DNA of 64,000 nucleotides from a virus: IMG/VR virus record IMGVR_UViG_3300028653_000010; one strand, 5' to 3'. Shown piece by piece: positions 1 to 9,450 of this stretch (position 1 is its first letter; each line of letters starts with the position of its first letter). The notes under the pieces were generated by a model. It saw only the letters and a program-made list of their open reading frames with translations, ran no database searches and was not told where the DNA came from. The position numbers and the translations under genes were made by a program.

Positions 1-90
1 AACTCAGTGGCCGAGACTCGAACCACTTTCATCTTCATGTACATCCGATCTGATAGGATGATTATCTATGAGACGAGCGGAGTCAAGTAA
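1..90 (+). CDS. 3' end of hypothetical protein (truncated by window)
   Basis: Frame 1 is open from base 1 to TAA at 88-90 (NSVAETRTTF...ETSGVK). Confidence 0.4.
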   Translation, partial: NSVAETRTTFIFMYIRSDRMIIYETSGVK

Positions 91-107
91 CTTTAGTCAA
101 GTTCAGG

Positions 108-377
108 TTGAACTGCTGGCAACCCTTTGGGTTCTCACTTAGAACCCCTGGTCGCCTACCAATAGTGGATGCTCAAATACTCAGAACACAACAGGAGATA
201 CGAGCTGCGCAAGATTCTCAGGTATTTGCGGCCCTCGATGCAGCTAGCACACTTAGGGTTACGGATCAGATTCAAGCTGCGTTTAACCCACCTGGACTAC
301 CTGTTACGAATCATCCTAAGCCACGTCCTGCAGTAAGAACGAGATACGAGCGAATCTTGGACTCATTCAAGACGTGA
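108..377 (+). CDS. hypothetical protein with C-terminal TRYERI motif
   Basis: ORF ends RTRYERILDSFKT. Start uncertain. Confidence 0.6.
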   Translation: MNCWQPFGFSLRTPGRLPIVDAQILRTQQEIRAAQDSQVFAALDAASTLRVTDQIQAAFNPPGLPVTNHPKPRPAVRTRYERILDSFKT

Positions 378-378
378 G

Positions 379-918
379 TCACGGGCGAGACAAGGTCGAA
401 CCCTTCTCAATTCGCTCTTGAGCTGTCAAAGAGGTTCGTATTAGCTCGATAAAGTTGGATTCATCATAGATAGAAGTACGAAACCCCTTCTGAGTCACAT
501 GATGAGTACCACCGGACTTCAGAGGAACCTCTTGCGCGGGCAGAGTTCGTATCCAACAGATCTTAACCTTGGCTCCGAACGCCGAGACGACAAGGAAAGC
601 CCCGTTGAGTAGCTCTTGATCGATTTGGTCTTTCCCAGAGCATTCACCCTCTACAGTACCGACAGCCCCAATGTTCCCTTCCAGCAGGTCGCCAATCGAC
701 CTGAGCCCCAGCTCTAGGTTCGGATACTCCCAAGAAGTAGTCCCAAGAGAGATGTGTATCCTCCGGCCCTTGGCCTCTGCCTTTAGCTCGGATCCGCGCA
801 TAACTTCCCTGAGGACCGTCGTTAGTACACGGTCAAATCTTTCATATCGGCTTAGTGGTTTGACTTGTGAGTCGATAACCTCGATGCTTCTCTGGTACCT
901 AGTCCGCGGCTCACTCAT
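379..918 (-). CDS. hypothetical protein with two N-terminal RYxR motifs
   Basis: ATG 918 gives MSEPRTRYQRS...SRYERFD. A TTGACA-N18-TAAATT element lies upstream. Confidence 0.65.
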   Translation of the reverse strand: MSEPRTRYQRSIEVIDSQVKPLSRYERFDRVLTTVLREVMRGSELKAEAKGRRIHISLGTTSWEYPNLELGLRSIGDLLEGNIGAVGTVEGECSGKDQIDQELLNGAFLVVSAFGAKVKICWIRTLPAQEVPLKSGGTHHVTQKGFRTSIYDESNFIELIRTSLTAQERIEKGSTLSRP

Positions 919-993
919 CTTGCCTAATTTAGTAGCATAAGTGTTCAAGTGTCAAGCTACATGACGATAATTATAGCTGACATTGGCACATCT

Positions 994-999
994 GGTGTA
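994..999 (+). promoter_or_regulatory. GGTGTA phage promoter-like element
   Basis: Recurrent motif, 56 nt upstream of the AAA gene. Confidence 0.45.
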
Positions 1000-1055
1000 T
1001 ACCTGTTGCCACTTTGCCTTGGAATAAGTAACAAGAAGAGGAGACACTGAAGAAC

Positions 1056-2306
1056 ATGGCCTCAATCCGAAGACCAGGCGTCGTAAAGTCAGAACCCAAA
1101 GTTGAATTGAAGAATACGAGACCGGAGTGGTGGAATCCATCTATTTGTGGAGCCTTAGGTCAATACAGCCCGTTTGCGCAAATGCTTCTCGAGTTTGGGA
1201 TTAGTACCGGCCATGGGGTTTACTCCGGGTACTGCCAGGGGCATCTAGAAGATGGGGACACCGAGGAGGAACTACTCAACTTCACGAAGGCTCTGGTAAG
1301 CAAGATCGCTGGGTCCGTGATCTTTTCTCGGAAGGCTCTCTTTCAAGCTGGCTCACGTCGGAGCGACTCAGAGCATTGGATTACCTGGTCCAAGGGCGCG
1401 CTACGAGTCCAAGTATCGATGGACTGGACCCTTAAAATCGAACTGATGACCATCGACCAGACCCAGCATGCCCAGGTTGGGTCTATCATTGGGAAGTTCT
1501 TAATCCCATCAAACATAAGACAGCCGGTGTACTCAATTGCAAGGATAAACGGTGAACTTGAGATAATCGAGGTTGGGCGCGCTGGGCTTGAGTTGGAAGA
1601 GGACAACTACACAGAAGAAGTGATTACCGAATACAAATCCCTGCTCGCTGACCTCCAAAGGGATAAGCCCCTCGGGAGGCTTAGTGTCATACACGGGAAG
1701 CCTGGAACTGGTAAGTCCTACTTGATTCGTGGGTTGATGCACGACATCATCGACGCTATCTTTGTACTTATTCCGAGTGACATGATTCAGAACTTGACCG
1801 GACCTGAGTTAGTACCAGTCCTGGTTAAAGCTCGTGGGATGACAGGGTCGGATGACCCCATCATCCTCATTCTGGAGGATTCAGACAAGGCTCTGGTGAA
1901 ACGTACAGAAGAAACAATGTCTGCAATATCTGCACTTCTTAATGCATCGGATGGTATTCTCGGGCAGACCCTGAACCTGAGAATTATCTGCACCACCAAC
2001 ACTAAACTACCTGACATGGATGAAGCTCTAACCAGACCAGGTAGGCTATCGACGATCATCCAACTAACAGAGCTACCCCCAGAGCACTGCCTAAGGATAT
2101 ATGACCGAGTAACCGATGGGGAGCCGGCTGCTATTACAGAGTCCATGACGTTGACCGACGTCTACAATTTTGCCAATAAGTCCATCATCGAAGAGGAAGA
2201 GAGCGACACCTACGACACCGAAGACGGTGAAGATGAGGATGACGACGATGATGATGATGATGACGACGACGATGACGATAATGACGATGATGACGAAGAA
2301 AACTGA
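1056..2306 (+). CDS. AAA+ ATPase with poly-acidic C-terminal tail
   Basis: Walker A GKPGTGKS, Walker B IILILED, SRH TTN...DEALTRPGR, Asp-rich tail. Confidence 0.9.
   Translation: MASIRRPGVVKSEPKVELKNTRPEWWNPSICGALGQYSPFAQMLLEFGISTGHGVYSGYCQGHLEDGDTEEELLNFTKALVSKIAGSVIFSRKALFQAGSRRSDSEHWITWSKGALRVQVSMDWTLKIELMTIDQTQHAQVGSIIGKFLIPSNIRQPVYSIARINGELEIIEVGRAGLELEEDNYTEEVITEYKSLLADLQRDKPLGRLSVIHGKPGTGKSYLIRGLMHDIIDAIFVLIPSDMIQNLTGPELVPVLVKARGMTGSDDPIILILEDSDKALVKRTEETMSAISALLNASDGILGQTLNLRIICTTNTKLPDMDEALTRPGRLSTIIQLTELPPEHCLRIYDRVTDGEPAAITESMTLTDVYNFANKSIIEEEESDTYDTEDGEDEDDDDDDDDDDDDDDNDDDDEEN
2210..2298 (+). repeat. GAY/GAR trinucleotide low-complexity tract (poly-Asp/Glu)
   Basis: gatgacgacgatgatgatgatgatgacgacgac... 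encodes a long Asp run. Confidence 0.9.
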
Positions 2307-2583
2307 TCTAACCCTCTTGCGTGCTATCCTTGACGCTGGCCTGAAGCGCATTAGCATGTATGAGGAGAGGTGCTTCAAAAGCATGCTTGGGGACCTCGAA
2401 AGAGGAGCCATGATCAAGCTATCAAGAGCTCAACGTCAATGGGTCGAGAGTAAGTATAATGCTCTTGACCTAGACCGGGCTTACATCAACAGGGCACCAC
2501 CGAAGGTCAAGGTGCCTCAGCATGGCCCGATCATTCAAACGGTCTGGGATCAACCAAAGGTATTAAGACCACCGGGTAGGTAA
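2287..2583 (+). CDS. hypothetical protein
   Basis: MMTKKTDLTLLRAIL...LSRAQRQWVE. Overlaps the AAA stop; the longer track ORF is an artefact of the repeat. Confidence 0.65.
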   Translation: MMTKKTDLTLLRAILDAGLKRISMYEERCFKSMLGDLERGAMIKLSRAQRQWVESKYNALDLDRAYINRAPPKVKVPQHGPIIQTVWDQPKVLRPPGR

Positions 2584-2586
2584 CCT

Positions 2587-3207
2587 ATGGGTTGTGATCT
2601 TGTCTACTCCAATCGAACGTTAGTCCAGCTACGAACCGGTAAGCAAGGATACTGCCGAGTCTGGTACATCAACACTAACTCCAATAGCTCACCAGCACCC
2701 ATTAGCATCCGAACCTCCCTTGGCTCAAATAGATGGAGTAGCTCCTACCTTTTCCCTCCAAAAGGTACGCGAGATCTTGCCCATAACAAGTACTACAGCG
2801 TTGAGGGGGAGGAGTCTCGGTACCTTTTCGTCGACACTAGTGGGGATGCTTGGTTTTTCAATACTCTAATCGACTTTGAAGCAGCCATCGCAAAGTATGG
2901 TCGGCAAGGACCCTCCTTCCACCTGCAGGGAGCTACTCACTACAGTCAAGTCGTGTTGCCCAAACGCCCAAGTCTTATAGCAAACCGTTACGAACGGATC
3001 ATGGGCAACAAGATCATCGAAGTAACCCGGGCTGGTACTCTAGATCAAAGCACCCAGCCAGAAGAAAATGGGAAAGTTGTTGAGTGCTATGACGAGATCC
3101 AAAATATACTTGATTTCGAGTTCAATCGACCCGAGCCACCAAAACTAAAGAACCCACTTGGCCTAGATTTTGAGGCCATAGTCAGGGAGGCATTGGAGAA
3201 AAGCTAG
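2587..3207 (+). CDS. hypothetical protein with NRYERI motif
   Basis: 206-aa ORF starting 3 nt after the previous stop. Confidence 0.7.
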   Translation: MGCDLVYSNRTLVQLRTGKQGYCRVWYINTNSNSSPAPISIRTSLGSNRWSSSYLFPPKGTRDLAHNKYYSVEGEESRYLFVDTSGDAWFFNTLIDFEAAIAKYGRQGPSFHLQGATHYSQVVLPKRPSLIANRYERIMGNKIIEVTRAGTLDQSTQPEENGKVVECYDEIQNILDFEFNRPEPPKLKNPLGLDFEAIVREALEKS

Positions 3208-3476
3208 GACTTGGAGCTTGGGGGCGAGCCGTCCTCCGGTGGACTGGAAGGGGATAATTGACGCATGAGACGCTTGGACATCCTCTCAAGTTTACTGTTC
3301 AAGTCCATGAGCACCTCTTCTACGGTACCCGTGGACTCAACCAGAATCATGCACCCTATAGAGATCGTACCCTTCCAAGTATTATTCTCGGGGTCCTCAG
3401 GGACACCGGTCAGAGTCAAACTACCTTGCGGACAGATAGTCTGAACTGCATTACATAGGCGAATCAGCCTTTTCAT
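3204..3476 (-). CDS. hypothetical protein
   Basis: 90-aa ORF filling the gap, ATG start. Confidence 0.6.
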   Translation of the reverse strand: MKRLIRLCNAVQTICPQGSLTLTGVPEDPENNTWKGTISIGCMILVESTGTVEEVLMDLNSKLERMSKRLMRQLSPSSPPEDGSPPSSKS

Positions 3477-3541
3477 CGAAAGTACCTACTGAAAAATAAA
3501 GGTCACGAGTACAACCGTCTGGGGTATTAGGGATCACTACT

Positions 3542-4516
3542 ATGCTGTTTCGATTAGACAATCCGCGCCTGGTCATGAACGCTCAGGAGTTCCCTGAAAA
3601 CATGGTACTCTACTGCCTAGCCTACGCGGAATGCGCAGGTGACGTTATTGTGAACTTTACCGATCCCTCTAATAGTAGAAGGGTTACTCAACCGATCCGT
3701 CCAACACGTGCTTTGAGTATTTTCGAAGGGGTTACAGTCAACGAGTATGTCCTTCCGTTCTCAGAACTAGTAGATCCAATTGGTCGCCGCGGGGCAACCT
3801 CTGGGTTCACCATTATCGGTCGAAGCTCCTATCGCGTAGCTGGGGCCAGCTACGAAGTCAGAACGCTTGAGTTCACGATGGTCTTCCCAGTTATTGGGGG
3901 TGGGATCATCCGGATGAGAGCGGCTGAGCAAGAGTGGGACATCGCCAACCCAACCTTCAACCCGCACGCAACCATACCTGAGATTAGCACCTCCTATGGG
4001 GCTGGGGAAGGGAATGAGTATGTCAGCGGGCCAGTTGGGATCGACAACCGAAGGGTTCCAGACGCCATCCTCATCAACGCCTACCAAAGAACACATCGAG
4101 GGTTTATTGGTCAGCATGGGACTGAGGTTGAGCAACGAAGGCAAGCACGCTTGGCTAACTTCGATCTTAGCGAGAATGTTCCCGCGCCACCGCCAATAGA
4201 ACGTCCCATTCATACTCCGGCGATTCAAGGACGAACCAGTGTTGTCACTGGAAGGAACCGGGACCAAGGAATCATGTCTTCAGCTGAAGTTGCAGCTGAA
4301 GAGCGTAGACAAGCACGCTTGAATCAGATAAGACAGGCTGAGGATCTTGGTAATGCTGGCTCTTCTCTGCTAATTGGGGTTGACCCAGGGCGAGGAGGAT
4401 CGAAAGGCGTGAGTATCGTTGCCCCGGTCCCGAGAAAACCAAAAGCCCCACCCAAGAGCCGGTTTGAGAGAATCCAAGAGAACATCGAGGAAGCCAATGA
4501 GCAGCCTAAGAAGTGA
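3542..4516 (+). CDS. hypothetical protein with C-terminal SRFERI motif
   Basis: 324-aa ORF containing an internal repeat, RRQARL x2. Confidence 0.75.
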   Translation: MLFRLDNPRLVMNAQEFPENMVLYCLAYAECAGDVIVNFTDPSNSRRVTQPIRPTRALSIFEGVTVNEYVLPFSELVDPIGRRGATSGFTIIGRSSYRVAGASYEVRTLEFTMVFPVIGGGIIRMRAAEQEWDIANPTFNPHATIPEISTSYGAGEGNEYVSGPVGIDNRRVPDAILINAYQRTHRGFIGQHGTEVEQRRQARLANFDLSENVPAPPPIERPIHTPAIQGRTSVVTGRNRDQGIMSSAEVAAEERRQARLNQIRQAEDLGNAGSSLLIGVDPGRGGSKGVSIVAPVPRKPKAPPKSRFERIQENIEEANEQPKK

Positions 4517-5120
4517 CATCAGATTCATAGCCAAAACCCTTGGTGGGGCTATCCGCCAGATTTTGGGTGAAACCTTCAGAATCATAGCCGATACTCTACT
4601 CTACCGGAAACAGGTGCCAATGGAAGCGCCCCCGGCGCCGGTATCACCCCCGGTCAAGAAGGTCGAGACATCAACTACTCGCCCACGAAAATCCAAAGCA
4701 ACCCCGCGACAGGCTGTCAGTCATGAACCACCACCTGAAGTGGTTGAGCTGCCTGAGAAGCCCCCCAAGGTTCGGAACCGAAGCGGATACTTAGCCAAAG
4801 AGCATGGTTCATACAAGATTGCGGCCACAGGAATACTCAAAGTGTTGATCTTTGGCCAAGATCAAGGTCAAAGGCTCTCCGTTCCAGAGCTTCACAAGCT
4901 ATTGAATAAAACCAGTACGGATTCAACAATTCGTACCGCGTGCAAGACGATGGTCGAGGATCAGATTTTCGATACGGTTCATGAGGAGGGGGCTCGGGCT
5001 GCTGTGTACTGGATCAAAGATGAAGTGGCTGCTAGAAATCACCTGGTTTACTTGGAATCAGTAACTCCTAAGCTACCCACCTCAGAGGAAGGCGGGGAAC
5101 CTGAGCCGAGCCTGAACTAG
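4497..5120 (+). CDS. hypothetical protein, possible C-terminal winged-helix DNA-binding domain
   Basis: Pro/Lys-rich linker, then LSVPELHKLL...STIRTACKTMV (HTH-like). Start at ATG 4497 inferred. Confidence 0.55.
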   Translation: MSSLRSDIRFIAKTLGGAIRQILGETFRIIADTLLYRKQVPMEAPPAPVSPPVKKVETSTTRPRKSKATPRQAVSHEPPPEVVELPEKPPKVRNRSGYLAKEHGSYKIAATGILKVLIFGQDQGQRLSVPELHKLLNKTSTDSTIRTACKTMVEDQIFDTVHEEGARAAVYWIKDEVAARNHLVYLESVTPKLPTSEEGGEPEPSLN

Positions 5121-5645
5121 CTTCCTGCATACGGACTCTTTACTCGGGAACGAGAACGGTATCGTGATTGATACTGCCTCGTCTCCCGAGTTTCCGCTCC
5201 ATAGGCACATCTCATACGCTACCCAGTCGATGGGTCCTATCTCCATCGACTCAAAGTCGGAGACATCGTATGCCAGGGTCACGTGAGGCTTATAGACCGG
5301 AAACTTCTTCGAGTAGTCGACCTTGGCGCTATCGAACGCCGAACAGAGCGCCTCCCAGAGCTGATGTAGCTCTGGACTCTTGACCGGACAAATGATGGGG
5401 ACCCCATCGTCACCTTTCGGGAAGGACGATACCTCATCGACAGCAAGCGGTATGGGACGGGTAATCTCCGCCACCCTGTAGGCCACCACAAGCGCCTTTG
5501 AGACATCGTCAATGGGAACGTCCTTCCCAAGGTAGAGAAGAGTTATGTGGTAAGTCTCGCGGCCCTCTGGGGTACCAGGAACCTTGACTCTCCCTAGAGC
5601 TCGGGATACCTCGTGAGGGACTTGTATGCTGAGGAGGGCCATCAT
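5082..5645 (-). CDS. 2H phosphoesterase (2'-5' RNA ligase / Acb1-like)
   Basis: Two HxT motifs: YHITLLYLG and KPHVTLAY. Confidence 0.85.
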   Translation of the reverse strand: MMALLSIQVPHEVSRALGRVKVPGTPEGRETYHITLLYLGKDVPIDDVSKALVVAYRVAEITRPIPLAVDEVSSFPKGDDGVPIICPVKSPELHQLWEALCSAFDSAKVDYSKKFPVYKPHVTLAYDVSDFESMEIGPIDWVAYEMCLWSGNSGDEAVSITIPFSFPSKESVCRKLVQARLRFPAFL

Positions 5646-5698
5646 AGTCCAGTTCCGATAAGAGCTTTAGTTAGACTTCACCCGTCAAATAAGGTACT

Positions 5699-6184
5699 AT
5701 GAACCCCATGATCGCTGTATACGCAGGAAGTTTCGACCCAGTCACCGTTGGCCACTGGGATATCATCCAAAGATCTAGTAAGTTATTCGGTGGGCTTATT
5801 GTAGGTGTTGGTACGAACTCAGCAAAGTCTCCGCTATTGACCGCCGGAGAAAGACAGATGCTCATCAAGGAGGCCTGTGCAGACCTCGAGAACATAAAAG
5901 TCGATATCTTCAGTGGGTTACTGGTTGAGTACTGCAAGAGCGTTGGGGCAGAGGTAATCGTCAGGGGCTTGCGTGCAGTTTCAGACTTTGAAGCTGAATT
6001 AGCGATGGCTCACGTGAACTATATGCTCAATCCAAACATCGAAACGGTATTCTTGGACACCAAAGCAAGCAACTCGTTCATATCCTCTTCAATGGTCAAG
6101 GAGATCGCCAGGAACAATGGAGACTTCTCGAAGCTAGTACCCAAAAATGTAGAGTCCTACATAACTCGTAAGCTACGCGGGTGA
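5699..6184 (+). CDS. coaD: phosphopantetheine adenylyltransferase
   Basis: YAGSFDPVTVGHWDII, IVRGLRAVSDFEAE, ISSSMVKEIA; 161 aa. Confidence 0.93.
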   Translation: MNPMIAVYAGSFDPVTVGHWDIIQRSSKLFGGLIVGVGTNSAKSPLLTAGERQMLIKEACADLENIKVDIFSGLLVEYCKSVGAEVIVRGLRAVSDFEAELAMAHVNYMLNPNIETVFLDTKASNSFISSSMVKEIARNNGDFSKLVPKNVESYITRKLRG

Positions 6185-6952
6185 CATCCACTCTAGGCCA
6201 TCAGCTAGGTGGCGCTGAAGCACCGATGATAACTTAGTGCCCGGTTGGCATCCAATGAGAAGGTGCAATGGACAGTCGTAGTGCGTCCAGGCCTTGAGAG
6301 CTTGAATGGTCTCAAGGAGTCCGCTCGTGGTGCTACCGAGGTTGAGATACAGGACGAATGGCTCGAGGAGTCGGTTCTCAGCCGCGAGAGTGAGCATGAA
6401 GCACAAGATATAGAGTCGATCCTTTCTCTTCTTACTGATCGACTTCACGAGTGCTTGAATCCCTTCCTCAATGGAGATCATCACCCCCCGTTCACGGGCA
6501 TCGAAGCGAAGCTCCATAAGCTGGTTATGGAAGCACAAGATGTTGGTGAACCTCTCAGAGAAGTCCATCAGAGAAGAGGATATTGATAGGTCTGGGCATG
6601 CAACCAAGCTCCAGATCAGATCCCACTCGATTGGGAAAGGTGGGCTGAAGTCCAACGACAGGTTGTGGCTAACCTTCTTGGCGCTCAAGAGGGTTACTAT
6701 CGGCTCAATCAGGTTGCTGTACCCATCAAGGTCAACCACCTCAATGTCATGCATCCTAGGTGAATCAATCAGAGATCTGAAGGCTCTTCCGTTGTCCATC
6801 GGAAGCACTTGAAATGGTATCTGCTCAAGATTCAAGTTGTTCACCCAACTGACCAGATTGGAAAGCACTCGAGAAGAAGTAGGGTGACCTCCAATAGGCT
6901 TAGCTCGCTGGGGACGCACTATCTTCCAGTAGTATTCGAGCTGAAGTTCCAT
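6173..6952 (-). CDS. hypothetical protein
   Basis: 259-aa ORF coupled to the upstream gene by a TAATG overlap. Confidence 0.7.
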   Translation of the reverse strand: MELQLEYYWKIVRPQRAKPIGGHPTSSRVLSNLVSWVNNLNLEQIPFQVLPMDNGRAFRSLIDSPRMHDIEVVDLDGYSNLIEPIVTLLSAKKVSHNLSLDFSPPFPIEWDLIWSLVACPDLSISSSLMDFSERFTNILCFHNQLMELRFDARERGVMISIEEGIQALVKSISKKRKDRLYILCFMLTLAAENRLLEPFVLYLNLGSTTSGLLETIQALKAWTHYDCPLHLLIGCQPGTKLSSVLQRHLADGLEWMSPA

Positions 6953-7536
6953 TAGCCACCAATGAACATGTCTCTCAAACGGAAACTCAAGGGACTGCGG
7001 GTCTCTTTCGGGTAGAAAATGATCTGCAGCCGGTTGCTAGTATCCTTCGTGACTTCGTAATCCTGGTTGAGCTGACCATCGCGGAACAAGGCTTCAAGGG
7101 ACAGCATCATTTGTAGACCACTCTGATGTTTTGACCTTTCCATTCTGAGTATGATTTTGTTGACGAGAGTGCGCGGGATTGCTCTGAGAAACTCTTTTAT
7201 CTCCACAGGTGACTTACCAGGAACCTCCAAAAACAACTGCACCATTAGACTCACATCCTGCTTCTGTTGCTCCGCAAACAGAGACGTGAGTAGTATCTTC
7301 GAAGCATCGACTACAGCATTAGTAAACACATCTGGGTCACTCAAGTCAGTCCTTAAGTACCCTTCCAATGTCTTTGGTAGTTCAGTCCTCAGACGTTCTA
7401 GTGCAATGTCAATGACAGACTCGGGACCAGGGGCTTCAGGAGACACCTCAACTCTGTGAACGCGAACTGCGTTCCAGAACTTCTCGATGTCCTCCATTGA
7501 AGAAACATCTGTAGACTGGCTGACTTTTTTAGGCAT
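6952..7536 (-). CDS. hypothetical protein
   Basis: Likely start ATG 7536 (MPKKV), immediately after the previous stop. Confidence 0.7.
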   Translation of the reverse strand: MPKKVSQSTDVSSMEDIEKFWNAVRVHRVEVSPEAPGPESVIDIALERLRTELPKTLEGYLRTDLSDPDVFTNAVVDASKILLTSLFAEQQKQDVSLMVQLFLEVPGKSPVEIKEFLRAIPRTLVNKIILRMERSKHQSGLQMMLSLEALFRDGQLNQDYEVTKDTSNRLQIIFYPKETRSPLSFRLRDMFIGG

Positions 7537-7538
7537 GG

Positions 7539-7982
7539 CTACAGCAGCCTCTCTATCAACCAGGGCGGTAGTAGGTCCTCGCGCATGTACCCGATGGCTA
7601 CCCAGCAAGGCGGCTCTGAAGTTGTTAAGAATTGCCCAATATTAGGGGTCATTGGCTTGATAGACTCCAACAACCTACGAGCTATAGGCAGAGTAACCTT
7701 CTTGCGTGGATCAGACCTCAGAGTATTAGTGCAAGTATGTGCCATCTCGACAATTCTAGCGCCAACCCAGGTCTTCCAAGTGTCAGGGATCAAGATGGGT
7801 ACCTCTCTGAACTCACCTGCTTCGATGACCTGAGTCACAGCCATGATCAAGGTTGCATCGGCCTTCTCTGCATTTTGCTCGTGCGTGGACACCCCACGAA
7901 GCCTCCTGGTATAGAGCTTTTTCTGGAAGTTGGTGGCCTCAGTAGCGAAAAATACTGGGTGGATCTTCAAAGGGTCCATCAT
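7539..7982 (-). CDS. hypothetical protein
   Basis: 147-aa ORF with GGTGTA at 7998-8003 upstream. Confidence 0.7.
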   Translation of the reverse strand: MMDPLKIHPVFFATEATNFQKKLYTRRLRGVSTHEQNAEKADATLIMAVTQVIEAGEFREVPILIPDTWKTWVGARIVEMAHTCTNTLRSDPRKKVTLPIARRLLESIKPMTPNIGQFLTTSEPPCWVAIGYMREDLLPPWLIERLL

Positions 7983-8032
7983 ACGTACCCAGGACTATAC
8001 ACCACCGGCTGACTAGGTCATGTAATTTGTCT

Positions 8033-8281
8033 CTAATTTAGCGACAATTGCCGAATTACGAAAAGGGTCATCATCGGAAGGTCCTTGGATATTTGCCACT
8101 CATAGAAAGCAGATTCAAGTGTCTCAAGGGCCAAAGTCGAAGCATGCTCCAGTGAGAGTCTAACTCGGAGCGCCTGCAGATTCGATGTCTCCGGCCAAGC
8201 CCGATGGTGAAGTTGTTCGGCCAGCTCCCCTATGAGATCTCTGCGATATCGTTGCTGATCCAACCATTCGGTGAAACGCAT
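8033..8281 (-). CDS. YozE/SAM-like small protein
   Basis: MRFTEWLDQQRYRRDLIGELA resembles the YozE-family N-terminus. Confidence 0.6.
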   Translation of the reverse strand: MRFTEWLDQQRYRRDLIGELAEQLHHRAWPETSNLQALRVRLSLEHASTLALETLESAFYEWQISKDLPMMTLFVIRQLSLN

Positions 8282-9054
8282 TAGGCCTTGCTCACGGGCT
8301 GCTGATGGAATACAGTGATGTTTTCGCTTTTTAGTCTGAATTCAGGTGGATCCTGCGGTACTTTTGAACCCTCTCGTATGATCCATTTCAACCATCCGGC
8401 ATAGTCAGACTTGAAGTGAACCGAGCACCACTTAGCTAGCTGCTCATCAGACTTATACACGGCCGACTGAGGGTAACCCCCATCCGCTCGAACCTGCCAG
8501 AGTTGCCAACCATCACCCTTAGGGGGTTCGATAGGTCTCCACTCCTCAAACAAGTCTACATCTGTGTATAGCTGCTGTACAGCGGGGTTTGGGTTTACCA
8601 CTCTTTTCTTACCCTTGCAGACGGTGCATAAACCCCAGATACCAGTGGTTTTTGCCCTAATCTCTGTCAGATAGGATCGAATCAGTTGGGTATCAACCTC
8701 ACCCCAAACTCTGTTGAGAATCTGAGTTATTTCCTCACTACTAACACCAGCTTGAGTTGCGAGTTCTACCTCTTGTTCTGTTAGTCTAGGTGCCCAGCGT
8801 CGAAAGTTGCGAAATAGCTTCTGGCACTCACTATTGAGTCCGGTACCCCCACAGTCTTCACACTCGATGGGTCCTGGCCACGGGTTCATGTAGCCATGCC
8901 ATAGGTAACCCACCGGCCAATAAAAATCTAGGGGGACCCGCTTGACGCTCCATTGAGAACTCATGTTAGCCATAACACTCGGATCGATAAGGACTTTTGC
9001 AAAACCATCTTTTGGTGTATTTGCCGTCCCCTGAATAACCATGGGTGAGTACAT
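8281..9054 (-). CDS. phage protein with DnaJ-type CxxCxGxG Zn-finger repeats
   Basis: CEDCGGTG and CTVCKGK; EPPKGDGWQLW motif. Confidence 0.7.
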   Translation of the reverse strand: MYSPMVIQGTANTPKDGFAKVLIDPSVMANMSSQWSVKRVPLDFYWPVGYLWHGYMNPWPGPIECEDCGGTGLNSECQKLFRNFRRWAPRLTEQEVELATQAGVSSEEITQILNRVWGEVDTQLIRSYLTEIRAKTTGIWGLCTVCKGKKRVVNPNPAVQQLYTDVDLFEEWRPIEPPKGDGWQLWQVRADGGYPQSAVYKSDEQLAKWCSVHFKSDYAGWLKWIIREGSKVPQDPPEFRLKSENITVFHQQPVSKA

Positions 9055-9308
9055 GTGTCATTACTGACCACATAGTAGGATAAAGTACCTAGTACCGATA
9101 ATGCCCGCCGCAGACCACTAGTCAATGCAATAGTAGCCAAAACTGTGAAGTCAGCGTGAGGATTGAATCTGATTAAGCAGTATACCTTGATATTGTGTCA
9201 CAGACTACAACCGAGTAAATCAAATCTTCAGTGAATTTATTGGTTAGTGCCACATACTCGGCCGGTACTAGATCTGCCTAGAGGTCAGCCGTTCCAATTA
9301 CTTTTTGA

Positions 9309-9336
9309 TTGACAGCCTATATGGCGCGGCTATTGT
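9309..9336 (+). promoter_or_regulatory. sigma70-type promoter
   Basis: TTGACA-N16-TATTGT in a 400-bp intergenic region. Confidence 0.6.
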
Positions 9337-9355
9337 AGCCGACCCAAGTATGGAG

Positions 9356-9450
9356 AGGTGTAGCACAAAAGACTAGTACGTAATCAAAGTCGAAAGACCC
9401 TAGATTGTAGTGGCTCAATAAATGCTCAGCACGCTGAGCCAGAGCTACCT
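9356..9450 (+). ncRNA. candidate structured 5' leader (riboswitch-like)
   Basis: P1 AGGT(GT)AGC/GCTACCT; hairpin capped by GTC-GAAA-GAC; GGCTCA/TGAGCC hairpin; directly before SD AAGGAG. Confidence 0.4.

Noticed and set aside
8-30. tRNA T-loop-like GGTTCGAGTC on the minus strand
   Set aside because: The flanks do not form a T-stem or cloverleaf, and the sequence lies in an open coding frame.
948-962. Possible third NrtR box (GTGTCaagctACATG)
   Set aside because: The spacing and right half-site do not fit GT-N7-AC. It is better explained as a minus-strand TTGACA -35 element.
2091-2417. Poly-Ile/Val and poly-Met/Thr ORFs over the GAY repeat
   Set aside because: These are alternative-frame and antisense readings of the poly-Asp tract.
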